A stretch of DNA of 64,000 bases from Antedon mediterranea (GCF_964355755.1 NC_092670.1:13564795-13628794), one strand, 5' to 3'; positions 12,540 through 24,667 are shown, numbered from the stretch's first letter. Numbers and translations: made by a program. Notes: a model not told the origin generated them from the letters alone.

Positions 12540-13417
12540 CTGAAAGAGAAATTATAGACGAACAATAAGCAAACGATTTTTAGAAACCGTTTAATTTCAT
12601 ACTTATATAATTTAATAATTAAATAATGCAGTGATTCATCCATTCGCCTTGATAACAATTGTCGTATTCGTTATTTGTTTTCACATATATACTGTTTTTC
12701 CTGGAATACCTTACTTTGGTAGACCAACAACTGGTGTTGTATTTTGTTACATTTATTGTTTATTTCAATAGGTATAACATTCATGTCTCTTCTTCACTTG
12801 TTTTAAAACTAAAACTATATTAACTGCATAATACATATTGTTAATAACCGCTAATAATAATGCTATGTTAAGAACATCAAATCAATGAAACAAACAATGA
12901 TTTTACTAATTGGCAAAATGTATACTTGCCCGTATTTTAAGTATTTTATTTCTTGGCATGATTTTTTTTACCATGTCTTTTTATTTTCAGGAAAATTGTG
13001 TATTATATGTATTATATGCAATATTGCCGGCCCAAATTTATTAAACAGCACGCTATCTGTCACTCTGCATTTTTTAAATTATCAATTGATTCAATTGTTC
13101 CCGATTATTTTGAAAACAATAATTGATTTTACTTACAGCGCAAATTTGATTTGCTCCACACGTTACGGTTTGAACTATCGCACTGTCCACAACGTTATTA
13201 AGACAATCATTTGTATCTGGGTTAATGAACCCCACATTAGAGCACCGGTAACATGTTGCTGAACAGTTTACTGCATAGAAACAAAAAGGAAGATTAACAT
13301 TGTGGTTTGCACAATAATTACAAAAACTAATTTGTTAATGTGGTTAAAAAATAAATATTTCAATTTACCTTGATAAACAAAAAGAATGCAAACAGCAGAG
13401 ATCAACAAAAACTTCAT
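12366..13417 (-). CDS. Gene A: small secreted Ly6/uPAR (three-finger)-like protein, 118 aa, 3 coding exons
   Basis: Exons 13369-13417, 13137-13270, 12366-12539 (49+134+174 nt, all GT-AG, phases 1 and 0). Protein MKFLLISAVCILFVYQVNCSATCYRCSNVGFINPDTNDCLNNVVDSAIVQTVTCGANQICATGYKARPNGLPPMIFRGCRNKASSIYDMLTSLSIGDHWLFFSAYEGDLSNKSPAPAN*. Signal peptide exon in phase 1, CYxC and RGC motifs typical of LU domains; clear paralog of gene B. Confidence 0.82.
13137..13270 (-). CDS. Gene A coding exon 2 (LU domain Cys1-5)
   Basis: Acceptor TATGCAG, reads VNCSATCYRC...ICA, donor GTAAGT. Confidence 0.85.
13369..13417 (-). CDS. Gene A coding exon 1 (signal peptide)
   Basis: ATG at 13417, MKFLLISAVCILFVYQ, donor GTAAAT. 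Confidence 0.8.
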
Positions 13418-13540
13418 TTTCAAAGATTATCGGATGAAAATGTATCGATGAACTACACAATAAGAAATAAAGTTAGATGAATACATTTGTTTTTGTAAGG
13501 CCTTGCTATTAAATGTCACTAAACTTTCTACCAAGCTATG

Positions 13541-16521
13541 TACTCTAGTAGCTAGATCAACTTTCGTATGCACTTTGAGGTCCAGAGAATTTGACTTCAG
13601 AAATTGGTTTAGGGTGGTCAAACAATCATATTTGGCTTGGTTACACATTTTGAAAATGTGGCGAAAGGTCAAAAGGTCAAGGTGAAAGGTCATAAGACCA
13701 AACATAAATATGTCCTTAAATCTCAACAACCACTGGTCACAACGAGGTAATTTTGGTCTTAAATTAATCAGAAGGTATACATTTATATTCAGTCTAATGG
13801 CACATTTGAGTAAAAAATGACCGGAAATGCCATTTATAACCTTTGACCCACAACCCAGGGCATGTATGTTTCTCCGTAACTACTGGTCATAGACACTTGA
13901 ATTTGGTTTTAAATTGTTCGAAATATATGTTTTGTTATTTGTTACACATTTTGAAAAATGTTACAAAAGGTCAAAGGGTCAAGGTCAAGGGTTATTTGAA
14001 CAAATAAAAAAAGGTACTTGTATCTCGGCAACCACTGGTCGCAGCAAGTCAATTTTGGTCTCAAAATGTTCAAAAGGCATGCATTTATATTCCATCTAAT
14101 GGGGCATTTTAGTCAAAAATGATCAGAAATGCCATTTCTGACCTTTGACCCACATACCAGGGCATCTTCATATCTCTGTAAGTACAGGTCGTAGAAACTT
14201 AAATTTGGTATCAAATTGTTCGAAATATACATATTTACATTCATTGTAATAGAAAATGTGGTTAAAAGATGAACAGAAATACTATTACTAATGTTTCAAA
14301 CAAAAAACATATCTACACAACTTATCCTTAGACAGTAATGTTATGCAATAACTGATACTTTAAATTGTTTTAATTTCAAGTACTAGTTATTGCTGTCCCC
14401 GAGGACATTTTGATAGAAACGTTAAGCTCAACAGTTCTTTTCAGAATGCTAGAAGTAACTTGCCATATGTATCCGATTAAACGCCCCAGGCGTTTATTGT
14501 TCAAAAGGGTTTTTAGGGGGAAAGGAGGCATCTTTATTTGGGGTATAATATGGTAACATGTATAATCAAATAAATACCACCTAGATGTAAAAAAATACTG
14601 CACAATTAATATCAAAAAGTGATAAAATTATGTCAAAATGCTTGGTAAATTGTAGATTATGGTAGTTAATGAAATGTGTTGACGTGATACAATTATTCTG
14701 TAAATGCATGTGGCGGGGCGTTTATTCCACATGGTGTTCTATTGGAGGGAATGGTGGCGTTTATTTGAAGGAATACTCTAATTTTAATAATTGTATTTCA
14801 TTTCTCAACTGATAAAAGGTACTTTACATGATTCGTTTTCCTCTTTATGCTTTTTAACGAAATGTTTCTGTCGTTTAAAATAAAAGTGATAGATTCCATT
14901 AAATGGATCTTCTCCTCCAGGTGCCAGTATAATGATATAAAACAATGACACATCATTATCCTGACACGATTGCACTCATAATGGATCTTCATTCTATCAT
15001 CTATTTGTTTGTAACTACAATTTGACAACAATCTTTTGCATAGTTTTAAATGCCAATACATAGTTTCATTACTATTATACAATATGTCCAGCTTTCCGGA
15101 AAACACCCTTGTGTACTGTAGTACAGTGTTGTAGTATGATTTTATCATGATAAACTTCTGATGCTTTTATTGTCAATGCATTCAGTATCAAAGTTTCTAG
15201 TGGTATTGATAATAACTCTCCAGAAATATATATTGTTTTATTATCTACACTGGGAACAGACGTGTATATGTATAAGTTTTGTCGTTGACATTCAAAACTA
15301 TTATGCAACAGTGTTACGTAATAATGACAATGACTTGGTTTATTATTGTAGTCTCCGATACCTTTTATTACATGATTGTACTTCCTCCAGGATAGAATGA
15401 GGTTTAATCCCGTTATTATTCTTATTTTATATATATTTTTTTTATATATATATCTGGGGTGTATATATTTGATTATACATGTTACCATTATTACACCCAA
15501 CAAAATAAACACCTTCCCTGAATAAATAAATGCCCGAGGATTTTATTCGGGTAACTACAGTAAATTACTTCTAGCATTCTCAAAATGTTTGAACGTTCGG
15601 GGGTCAACAATACTTTCTAGCATTATTATAAGCAAAAGTACAATTATTACAAACAGTAAAGGATTTGTTTTAATTCCTACAGTATAATGAAATCATTAAG
15701 CATCAATTATTGCATAACATTACTGTCTAATGATAAGTTGGGTAGATATGTTTTTCATTTAAAAGATTAGTAATTAATAGTATTTCTGATCATCTTTTAT
15801 CCAAATTTTCTGTTAGAATGAATGTAAATATGTGTATTTCTAACAATTTGATACTAAATTTAAGTTTCTACGACCTGTACTTACAGAGATAAGAAGATGC
15901 CCTGGTATGTATGTCAAAGGTCAGAAATGTCATTTCCGGTCATTTTTTACTAAAATTTTTCATTAGACTGAATATGAATGTATACCTTCTGAACATTTTG
16001 AGACCAAAATTTACTCTCTGTGACCAGTGGTTGCCGAGATACAAATACCTATTTGTGTTTATTCATATAACCCCTGGCCTTGACCTTTTGACCTTTTGTA
16101 ACATTGTTCAAAACGTGTAACAAATAACTAAATGTATATTTCGAACAATTTGAGCCCAAATTCAAGTCACTACGGCCAATAGTTACGGAGACACAGACAT
16201 GCCCTGGTTTATGGGTCAAAGGTCAGAAATGGCATTTCCGGTCATTTTCGACTAAAATGTTTCATTAGACTGAATATAAATGTATACCTTCTGATTAATT
16301 TAAGACCAAAATTACCTCGCTGTGACCAGTGGTTGTCGAGATTTAAGGACATAATGGTGTTTGATTTTATAACCTTTGACCCTGACCTTTTGACCTTTCG
16401 CCACATTTTCAAAATGTGTAACCAAGCCAAAAATGATTGTTTGACCACCCTAAACCAATTTCTGAAGTCAAATTCTCTGGACCTCAAAGTGCATACGAAA
16501 GTTGATCTAGCTACTAGAGTA
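13541..16521. mobile_element. Non-autonomous DNA transposon with very long TIRs (foldback; Academ-like)
   Basis: Ends TACTCTAGTAGCTAGATCAAC / GTTGATCTAGCTACTAGAGTA are exact reverse complements; arms remain alignable for ~0.8-0.9 kb with ~300-bp internal subrepeats; 3-bp TSD ATG (13538-40, 16522-24). TA..TA ends + 3-bp TSD + long TIR fit the Academ superfamily (inference). Confidence 0.8.
14461..15562. mobile_element. Degenerate TIR element(s) nested in the centre of the foldback
   Basis: Left TGCCATATGTATCCGATTAAACGCCCC, right CCCGAGGATTTTATTCGGGTAACTACAGTA (imperfect inverted pair); GGCGTTTATT repeats; related remnant at ~59100-59292. Confidence 0.45.
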
Positions 16522-16849
16522 ATGATATAACATTGGTTTTTAATTGAAAAGTTTAAAACACGAGACCTCGCTGTAATAGTACAATGTTCCTAATGCATTA
16601 CAACTGACTGGAAAGCACCTATTTCTGCAATCATATTGTACAGCATGAAATATTGCAGTATAGTGTTATGAAAAAACAAAAACTGCTATTTAAAAAATCA
16701 TTCTCATTTTGAATGAATAATAAAGTTTAATACATTTTTAAAAGTTTAGTCTTGTACAACTACTGTAATCAAGGCTGGAAATGCATTTCCTTTGCAACAG
16801 GAACAAGAATATGCCGTCTACATATTAACATCAATCAATCAAACACAAA

Positions 16850-17625
16850 CTTACCAAGTTAAAGAAGTCCTGATGTCTACTTCGAACTTTATGATATCAA
16901 AATGTTACTGGATGGATATTTATACATTCTCCAGTCACGCTTTAATGACAACACAAAATGTACTTCAGATAATCCATGTTATTTAGGTAGGCCTATGGTA
17001 GTGCTCAGGTTTTAAAAAAAGTCGCTATTAAGCCCTAAAATTTAATAAGTATCCCAAATAGTTGGTTATTTTAAGTTGTTTCCTCAAACAAGTAAATAAA
17101 CATTGTTATTTTGTTAAGAACAGATTTACCGTGTTATTGTTTAGGCCTAACTGGGAATTATGTGAACTTGTTTTTCTTAGTCATATCCGTATTGGCTATT
17201 GGTTTTCCCAAATCTTTAATGTTTTTTTAAGATGTTGATTCTTCATTATTTAATCCATGGTGGAGTATGGTATTAGAAAAAGATCTTGAAAAGTTTGTGT
17301 TTGTTTATGTTTATATTTTGTTGGATTTCTTAATCATTATTCAATTATAACATTCACAGGTTCAAATGACAGTGACAAATGATTAAAGATGTACATACAA
17401 ATCTGTGTGTAATGCGTGCGGTAGCTCCTCTACACTGTCTTGATGGTTTTGGTCTATATAATATACCAGTACGTATAAAGATGTAAATAATTTTAAACAA
17501 AAATTATTTCAAGAGGAAGAAGATCTACATGGATCATGATAATTATAATGGAAATCTAAAAGTATAGGCCTACAGACAAAATACTAAACCATCCTGTCCA
17601 TGCACAGTGGCAAAAAAATAGTGGC
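16850..17625 (-). promoter_or_regulatory. Putative non-coding first exon and promoter of gene A (one of three paralogous blocks)
   Basis: Donor GTAAGT at 16854, TATAAA on minus strand ~16919-16924, CCAAT ~17191-17195; block is repeated at 19905-20930 and 24668-25455, and the last copy sits ~220 bp upstream of gene B's ATG. Confidence 0.55.
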
Positions 17626-18317
17626 AAGCGCAAAACGATAGGTGTAATATTATGATTACGATGATTACGATGATGATGATGACGATTATGATGACGATAA
17701 AGATGACGATTATGATCACATTTTTGCAAAATGTTAGCGTATCATGCATTACTTCAATAAAGTGAATGGTTTATTAACACATTTCTTAACATTGCCTATA
17801 TACTTAGAAATGTTTTTAAATGATTCCAATCTGTTAATGATTTGGTTTCTTACTATCGGACTTTTTTGCTTTAAATTACAGTTTTTTCGGGTAAATTTTT
17901 GTTTCATATTTAATATTTAGACAAAGTGAATAACGATTATGTGACATTGAAACAAAAAATCACACTTTTTTTCAGGAGCACAGTATATCTTTAAATGGTT
18001 TTGATATTTTGTTGTTATTGCAATTATAGGCTAAAACATCTATTACATTAAAATGTAGTTTTCAGTGAGATGTAAATAATCAATCAATCAAGGACTGGAA
18101 AAAATGCTTAGAATTATCAGTCACATGTGGAAAAAGTATATAGAAAGAATTCAGGTAAACATAAATTATTATGATTTTCATTTATTCATAATCATGAATG
18201 TCACAAAAAAAAATTAATCGAAGTTGCACTTAAATCAAACAGTAATAATACTAAATATTTGTTTTACTCATGAAGAAAATGATTTTACTTTCATGAATTT
18301 TTACTGATTGCAAATGT

Positions 18318-18442
18318 AACAAGGCCAACAGCCATAAGTCGCGTGCTAAAACGCATAGTGATACCGGACCGACAGACCGACAGACCGACAGACCGACCGA
18401 CCGACATAGTGAACTATAAAGTCGCGTCCCCGCGACTAAAAA
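18318..18442 (-). mobile_element. Short HINE-like element
   Basis: Reverse complement of 20451-20572: AACAAGGCCAACAGCCAT, (CCGACAGA)n, AGTCGCGTCCCCGCGACTAAAAA. Confidence 0.8.
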
Positions 18443-18611
18443 TGTGAACAACATCAGCCTCCTGGGTGGGATACGATCAGCACAACAGAAATATTACTTG
18501 CGTGCAACATACTATTATCAAATGATTATGAACGTTCAATTGATGATTTTTTTTTTAATGGAGGGTATAAACATGAAATACAACAAATAGAATTATACCA
18601 ATTCATTTTAC

Positions 18612-19811
18612 CATTCATTCATTCATTCATTCAGGCTTATCGCCTGAATTTATTTACTTTAGGCCCCTGGTCCCTAGTAATTAACAAAATAATAATTACA
18701 TTGAAAAATAAAGCAATTTATGGTCACAAGATAAATGAATTAATTGATTTCGTTCTCTAAGCAAAACATATATCTTAACTTATAAGCATGATAAATATAT
18801 TCAGATAGATTATCAATAATTATTGGATCCTGTGACGACATTAAACGGCAGAATTTAAAAGTATTTGGATTTTCAAAAAATAAAGAAGGTATACATTTTT
18901 TTTTCTGATTTCCTTGTAACGAGAGCAAACTGTAACAAAATGATATTCATCTTCAACTTCATTTATATTACAAATTTTACATAACCTATTGCTGCGCTCT
19001 ATTCTTTTCCATCTTCCCTTTTCTACCTCTAGTTGAAGTGTGCCCAGTCTCAGTTGACTTAAAGCTCGCTTATATCTAGTATCAAGGGTCTGTAGTAAGT
19101 ATCCATCTACTCCGAAATTGGTTTTGAACATTTTATAATATCTTAATTTTGAAGAAATATTTATGCTTTCAAGAAAGAATTGGCGTTCCATATCGGTTAG
19201 CCTTTCTTTTTTTTTATTAATTATATACAATTTATCAAGGACATTATTTGTGAAAACCATATGTTTCCATGACCAAATAGAGCATAACATAATGTTTTAA
19301 ATCGCTTACCCAACAATTACTATTATTTTGCGCTTTATGAAGTTGAGATTTATAACATTTCTTCGCATATTTGTCCTCGTTCATATTTACTAGTCTTACC
19401 CAATAACGGATAACATTGAGTACACTTTCGATTGATAAAGAGAATCGTCCACATTCTCCTCTAATTGAAACATTTGTGGCTGATTTCCCGACCCCTAAAA
19501 CATATCTACAGAAATTATTTTGAATATCATCAATTTTGTTGTTGTTTAGTTTTCCCCATATTTCACTACCATACAGTATAATTGGGTTTATTTTAATATC
19601 AAATAAGTAGTTCCAAATATTCACTGGTAGATGTCCATATTTCTGATATATTATATTTTTGAGTAAGAAAAGTGCTTTATTAGCCTGTGTATTATTTTGT
19701 TCTCTGGCCTTTTCCCCATTTCCTGAACAATCGAAAGTGACTCCAAGATATTTAAGAGATTTTACTATTTCAATTTCTTTACCAAGATAATTCCACTTTT
19801 CGTTACACAAA
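18612..19811 (-). mobile_element. 5'-truncated non-LTR retrotransposon (RTEX-like) ORF2 C-terminal fragment, frameshifted
   Basis: ORFs 19244-19810 (KYLGVTFD, LYGSEIWG, RGECGR) and 18841-19290 (RLCKICN..VEDEYHF..CSRY zinc knuckle) continue across frameshifts; AATAAA then (TGAA)n tail at 18612-18633. Clade assignment from motif memory only. Confidence 0.85.
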
Positions 19812-19904
19812 GATCCTTCACAAGCAAAATAAAGTCACTGTCTACCGATAGTTGGCGATATCATATGATAAAGCTTCAAATCCCTTTTCATACAATCTCT
19901 ATAA

Positions 19905-20930
19905 ATTACCAAAATCAAGAAGTCTTGGTGCCTCCACCAAACTTTATGATTTCTAAATATTATGCGATGGTATACATTCTTCGGTCACGCTTTAATAATA
20001 ACAAAACGAATAGGTAATCCATATAATTTAGGTAAAGTTCTGTTTGTAAATCGATAATAAGCCTACAGAATCCCAACAAATTGTTTACTTTACATAAAAA
20101 AATGAAAATTAACAAAATATTTTGTTAAAAACAGATTTAACTTTTTATCTTTTTTAGGCCTATGGAATTATGTAAACTATATATTCGTCTTAGTCACATC
20201 CGTATTGGCTATTGATTTTTCCAAATCTTGAATGTTGTTTATGATGTTGATACTTCTCAATTTAATCCATGGTGCACTATGGTATTACAAAAGATCAAGT
20301 TTGTTTTTGCTTTTATGTTTATCTAAACAATATTACACAAAGAACCGGAATTTGTAATCTAACAATTAAGTGATATTGATTTTTAAAACGTTTCTACTGA
20401 AGAGTAAACCATCACCAAACGAAATGCCAATTAAAAAGGTTTGAAGTTTGTTTTTAGTCGCGTGGACGCGACTCTATAGTTCACTATGTCGGTCTGTCGG
20501 TCTGTCGGTCTGTCGGTCTGTCCGGTATCACTATGCATTGTAGCACGCGACTTAATGGCTGTTGGCCTTGTTAATAAAAGTACACCAATAAATAATAACC
20601 TATTATTTTATATATGCATTTTTTAGGATACCTTTATGATTCTTAGTCGCCATTATTCAAATATAACATTCACATGTTCGAATGAAAGCGAGAAAAGATG
20701 AAAGATGTAAATAAAAATCGTTTGTAATGCGTACGGTATCTTCTGCATTGTCTTGTTCTGTTGCAGTTGACAAGTTTGGTCAATAAACCAGTAAAGATGT
20801 AAATAATTTTTAACAACAATATTTCAAGAGGAAGAGGAAACCAAAAGTCTGTATCATGATAGTTAGAAGACATTGGAATTTATACAGACAAAACCATCCT
20901 GTCCATGACAGTGGCAAACAATGGCAAACA
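19905..20930 (-). repeat. Third (orphan) copy of the LU-gene promoter/first-exon block
   Basis: Aligns by eye to 16850-17625 and 24668-25455 (e.g. ATCCGTATTGGCT, TTTAATCCATGGTG, TATAACATTCACA); no LU coding exons recognised downstream. Confidence 0.75.
20451..20572 (+). mobile_element. Short HINE-like Helentron inserted in a T-run without TSD
   Basis: AGTCGCGTGGACGCGACT hairpin, (GTCGGTCT)n, CGCGACT sub-TIR, GGCCTTGTT end; empty site visible in the paralogous block at ~25271-25300 (GAAGTTTGTCTTTAATAAAAG). Confidence 0.88.
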
Positions 20931-20964
20931 TCATTTCGCAAGACGAGAGAGGCGTCGCGTCGTG

Positions 20965-21480
20965 TTTTTTTTTTCATTTATTTTGTCTCATAATACAATA
21001 TAAAAAAACATGGACATGAACAAGAAAACATCACACAAAACCAGGCAGAGACAGGATTCCTAAAAAGCGAACTTAATCACTATCTAGTAGGTCTCCTATT
21101 GCACCGATTGTATAAAAAACATTTAGAATAAAAATTGGTATTAAACATTAAAATTGCATATAATACTATATCAAAATAAATTAAAATATATTACAATATC
21201 ATTAAAAATCGTCAATATACATAGCAAAATCTTACTTAAAATATATTTTAAGCTTATTTATAAAAGTCTTAATACCTGTATTTAAAATTAATGAATCCCT
21301 TATTTCTACCGGTAGTTCATCCCATGCACGAGGAAATATGTGGAAAATTGAGTATTTTAAAGAATTTGTCCGGGCGAAAGGGTGTACAAATATGAGATGA
21401 TCACCGTGACGAGGGCTGATTGAAATATGGTTTAATAATAATTTATGATGATAAATATTTATACTTATTTTCAATACCGA
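20965..21480 (-). mobile_element. 3' fragment of CR1/L2-group LINE
   Basis: ORF 21232-21474 contains ARTNSLKYSIF...RAWDELP...KTFINKL, like the ORF2 C-terminus (RT..K.SFFPR...WN.LP); followed by AATAAA and a poly(A) tail at ~20965-20982. Confidence 0.65.
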
Positions 21481-21846
21481 TAGAGACCAATTTTGTTGTT
21501 AAACGAAACGTTTAAGTTAATGATGCCGACATTTTATTGATCCTTTCAGTTAAAAAAGAATACCTAAGAAATGAAACGTAATTTGGAAATTCACTCTTTA
21601 CAAGAAACGAATAAACAATTCTGATTTTGATTGGGTACACTTTTAATTATTTATAATATATTGTATTTTACAAGTACTATACAAGTGCTATACAGTCTTG
21701 TAAACAAATGAGAAAGAGAAAAAGTCGCCCCAACCGAGATTCGAACCTTCTGCTTGGTATTCCTATATCACCGGGCGGTTTAGAATTAATGTTCTAACAT
21801 TTAATGCAATTTAATTAATTAATGTGACAAGATAAGACGAAGAAAT

Positions 21847-21935
21847 CTGTGAGAATGAGAAAAAAGTCGCCAACCGAGATTCGAACCCGGACCTTCTGCT
21901 TGACATACATATATCTTAACCAGTAGACCACTAGT
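21847..21935 (-). mobile_element. tRNA-derived SINE head (partial second copy at ~21708-21760)
   Basis: Minus strand TAGTGGTCTACTGGTT (A box) and GGTTCGAATC (B box), followed by TTTTTTCTCATTCTCACAG; same family at 58271-58360. Confidence 0.6.
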
Positions 21936-22805
21936 CCATATAATATAACAGCAGCCAGATTAAAGGCATATGGGTAGGAGTTTTAAAGTACGAATTAGTC
22001 AAACTGGGTACGATGGTTTATCTTTTTATCGAAAGAGATAACCGAGGTATTCTCTTCAAACCAGAAAACTGACTGATTTTATTAATCTTCATTTCAGTTT
22101 TTAGGGAACAATGACTATAGTTTACTATACAATTTACAGTACTCTACTCCACAGTAGTTAAAAACAATTATTATCTAGATGGTGCTGTACACGCTGCTTA
22201 CTTGGGCTCGAATCTAACATCTAGCAAACAGCGCTAGCTCGGTGGTAGATGTATGAACACCAGGCACATGATCTACTGGAGGTCATGGGTTCTTGTTCCA
22301 CACACGTCACGATTTTCGTTTGCAAATTACAATGAGAACGCTTAAAAAATTACGTCAGAGTAGTGCAAACATCTGACAAATTACTGGACTCTCTAGTTAA
22401 AAAAAATTTATCAATACAATATTCGTTTAAAAACACATCCAAAATTCATATCATTTTAATGGCCATTTATTCAAACTGCGTAATAAATATGCAAAGGTCT
22501 CTTTTATATATCCACACTAATATTAAACATTACGTTTTACCATTACAGAGAGAGTTCTGAATACAGATGCAATTATATACTATAGTCCACAGTGTGATTT
22601 GTAGTCTGTATAACAGTCATGAAATAAAAATGTATAACAGTATGCAAACAAATATTATAAGGACAAATGAACTTCCTAGTATAATGATGTTTCCAATGAT
22701 CTGATTTAGTATAATATTTATTAAGAAAATAATATATTTTGATGATAATCAATTGTTCTTTAACTGTTGTATAATAGGAGGTGGAATATATGGTTCTGTA
22801 TTTTA

Positions 22806-22994
22806 CTACATAGGTGGGAATGCGATTGCCGGTTCACCGTTACAGAAGGATCCATTATCACACGAGTCATTAAAACACAGCAAGTGGTTACCGTGGATTG
22901 GCGATGTCACCATTTGACAATTCGAATTCTGTTGTTGATCCACACAACTTCTATATATTAATGCCAGACCACCAGGAAGATTCCTTTTGCCGGT
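22806..22994 (-). CDS. Gene B coding exon 3
   Basis: Acceptor TTTTTCAG, TGKRNL...RSC...FCNGEPAIAFPPM*. Confidence 0.82.
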   Translation of the reverse strand, partial: TGKRNLPGGLALIYRSCVDQQQNSNCQMVTSPIHGNHLLCFNDSCDNGSFCNGEPAIAFPPM

Positions 22995-24448
22995 CTGAAA
23001 AATAAAACATTTAGGAATAATAAACATCGTAAATCAAGGCAATCTAAAACAACTGAGCTCGCCTTGCCAAGATAGGAACTCGTAATTTTACACCTTCCCA
23101 ATGTGCCCAAACACCAAATAAAATTAGAATTTCTCAATCAATGTAATACTGTGTTAAATCACAAAAACATTAACAAATAATACAAGTCATTTTATTCATT
23201 TTTAGTCGTGTGGACGCGACTCTATAGTTCACTATGTCGGTCGGTCTGTGGTCTGTCGGTCTGTCGGTCGGTCTGTCTGTCTGTCTGTCGGTCCGGTATC
23301 ACTATGCATGTTATCGCTTTCTGACCTTATCTTGATATCAGTTTAATCTAGCTAAGTAAATTTTTCACAGTATATTCCTTATGGCCAAGAATCGATGTGG
23401 TTATGTTTTCACGGTGCGCAATAAAAAATTACGCGGTCTACGCACCATTTAACGAAATCACGTTTGTAATCATATCTTCACAACCATGAATCACAATTAA
23501 CTAAAATTTGGTACTCATAAATTTCAGGCATAAATCATAGTAAGGCAATACAATTACGTGCGTAGCGCATGTAACGCATGCGTACGCGCGCTTAAAATTT
23601 TCAAAATTTATTTTCAATGAAATAAGAGTACGTTTCAGGCAATTTTAAGCGTTTACAAAATTGCCATGAGTGCGCAGATTTTTGCGCGCGCACTGCGCGT
23701 TAAATGTTATTGCGCACTCTTTTTGCCCGATTTCTGTTTTCTTGACTTACTTTTCAACAATAAATTACGTTATATGAGCACGTCAAAAGTGACAGGCTAC
23801 GCACGTGTAAATTAAAAAAATATAAATATTTTTAAACATTTCAACATTTTTACACATGTTCAGTAATTTCGATCAGTATAGTTCACTATGTCGGTCGGTT
23901 TGTCGGTCGGTTTGTCGGTCTATCTGTCGGTCTGTCGGTCGGTCTGTCGGTCCGGTATCACTATGCATTGTAGCACGCGACTTAATGGCTTTTGGCCTTG
24001 TTTTTTATTACTTTAAAACATAAAAATATACTTATGGCGCATTTTTTATTGTTTCCACACATGATGGTACCAACTGTCGCAATATCAACGTTATCAATGC
24101 AGTCAGGAGTGGTCACTCTCGAAAATCCCTCCAAATTTGAACACTCGTAACATTTTAAAGAGTTTGCTGTATAATAATAATAAAGAAAAGTAAACAAAAG
24201 TGTTAGTCTCACAACCGAGATTAAATAGTTTTTCCCATTGCCATTTAAACGACCACTTAATTAAGTTATTCTTTATAATGTTTTACTGAATACAAAATAA
24301 TACCAATACTGTTTGGGACCCTGTCTTCGTCCATTTTCTATATTATCTCTTCCCATTATTGTTTTTGTTAGGTCTCTGGACGTAAATAATGCTTACCTTG
24401 GTAAACAAAAATAATGCAGACTGCAGAGATGAACAACAATGACTTCAT
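22806..24448 (-). CDS. Gene B: small secreted Ly6/uPAR (three-finger)-like protein, 123 aa, 10 Cys; intron 2 donor non-canonical (possible pseudogene/null allele)
   Basis: Exons 24397-24448, 24036-24166, 22806-22994 (52+131+189 nt). MKSLLFISAVCIIFVYQANSLKCYECSNLEGFSRVTTPDCIDNVDIATVGTIMCGNNKKCATGKRNLPGGLALIYRSCVDQQQNSNCQMVTSPIHGNHLLCFNDSCDNGSFCNGEPAIAFPPM*. LKCYEC start and CN end are LU-domain hallmarks; no GPI signal tail. Confidence 0.8.
23199..24002 (+). mobile_element. Long (~800 bp) HINE-like element in gene B intron 2
   Basis: Same termini as 20451-20572, with the microsatellite block present twice around a ~570-bp internal segment. Confidence 0.82.
24036..24166 (-). CDS. Gene B coding exon 2
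   Basis: Acceptor TATACAG, ANSLKCYEC...KKCA, followed by ATAAGT where gene A has GTAAGT. Confidence 0.8.
24397..24448 (-). CDS. Gene B coding exon 1 (signal peptide)
   Basis: ATG at 24448, MKSLLFISAVCIIFVYQ, donor GTAAGC; homologous to gene A exon 1. Confidence 0.82.
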
Positions 24449-24667
24449 TGTTATCGATTGTCGAATGAAAAGCACGGTGAGCAACTTAAATAAGAAATAA
24501 AATTTGAATCTATTAAAAATAATTTGAAATCACATGAAAGATATAGTTATACCTATTTAAGAAATGTGTTTCTGTAAACATTGGAAAAACGTATAGAAAA
24601 TAGCTATATAACAAAAAAGTTAATAATTAACATACTGCTTATATAAAGAAAATAAATTAAACATGGA

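Noticed and set aside
14798-15512. ORFs of 116 and 145 aa in the centre of the foldback as a transposase
   Set aside because: No DDE or other motif recognised; could be a decayed coding remnant but unsupported without a profile search.
18445-18520. Possible LU exon remnant (YFCCAD...) between the orphan promoter and gene A's promoter
   Set aside because: Preceded by a stop, no splice sites or alignment to genes A/B.
21847-21935. Functional tRNA gene (also 58271-58360, ~22235-22310)
   Set aside because: A/B boxes present but acceptor and anticodon stems do not pair; shared non-tRNA tail indicates SINE.
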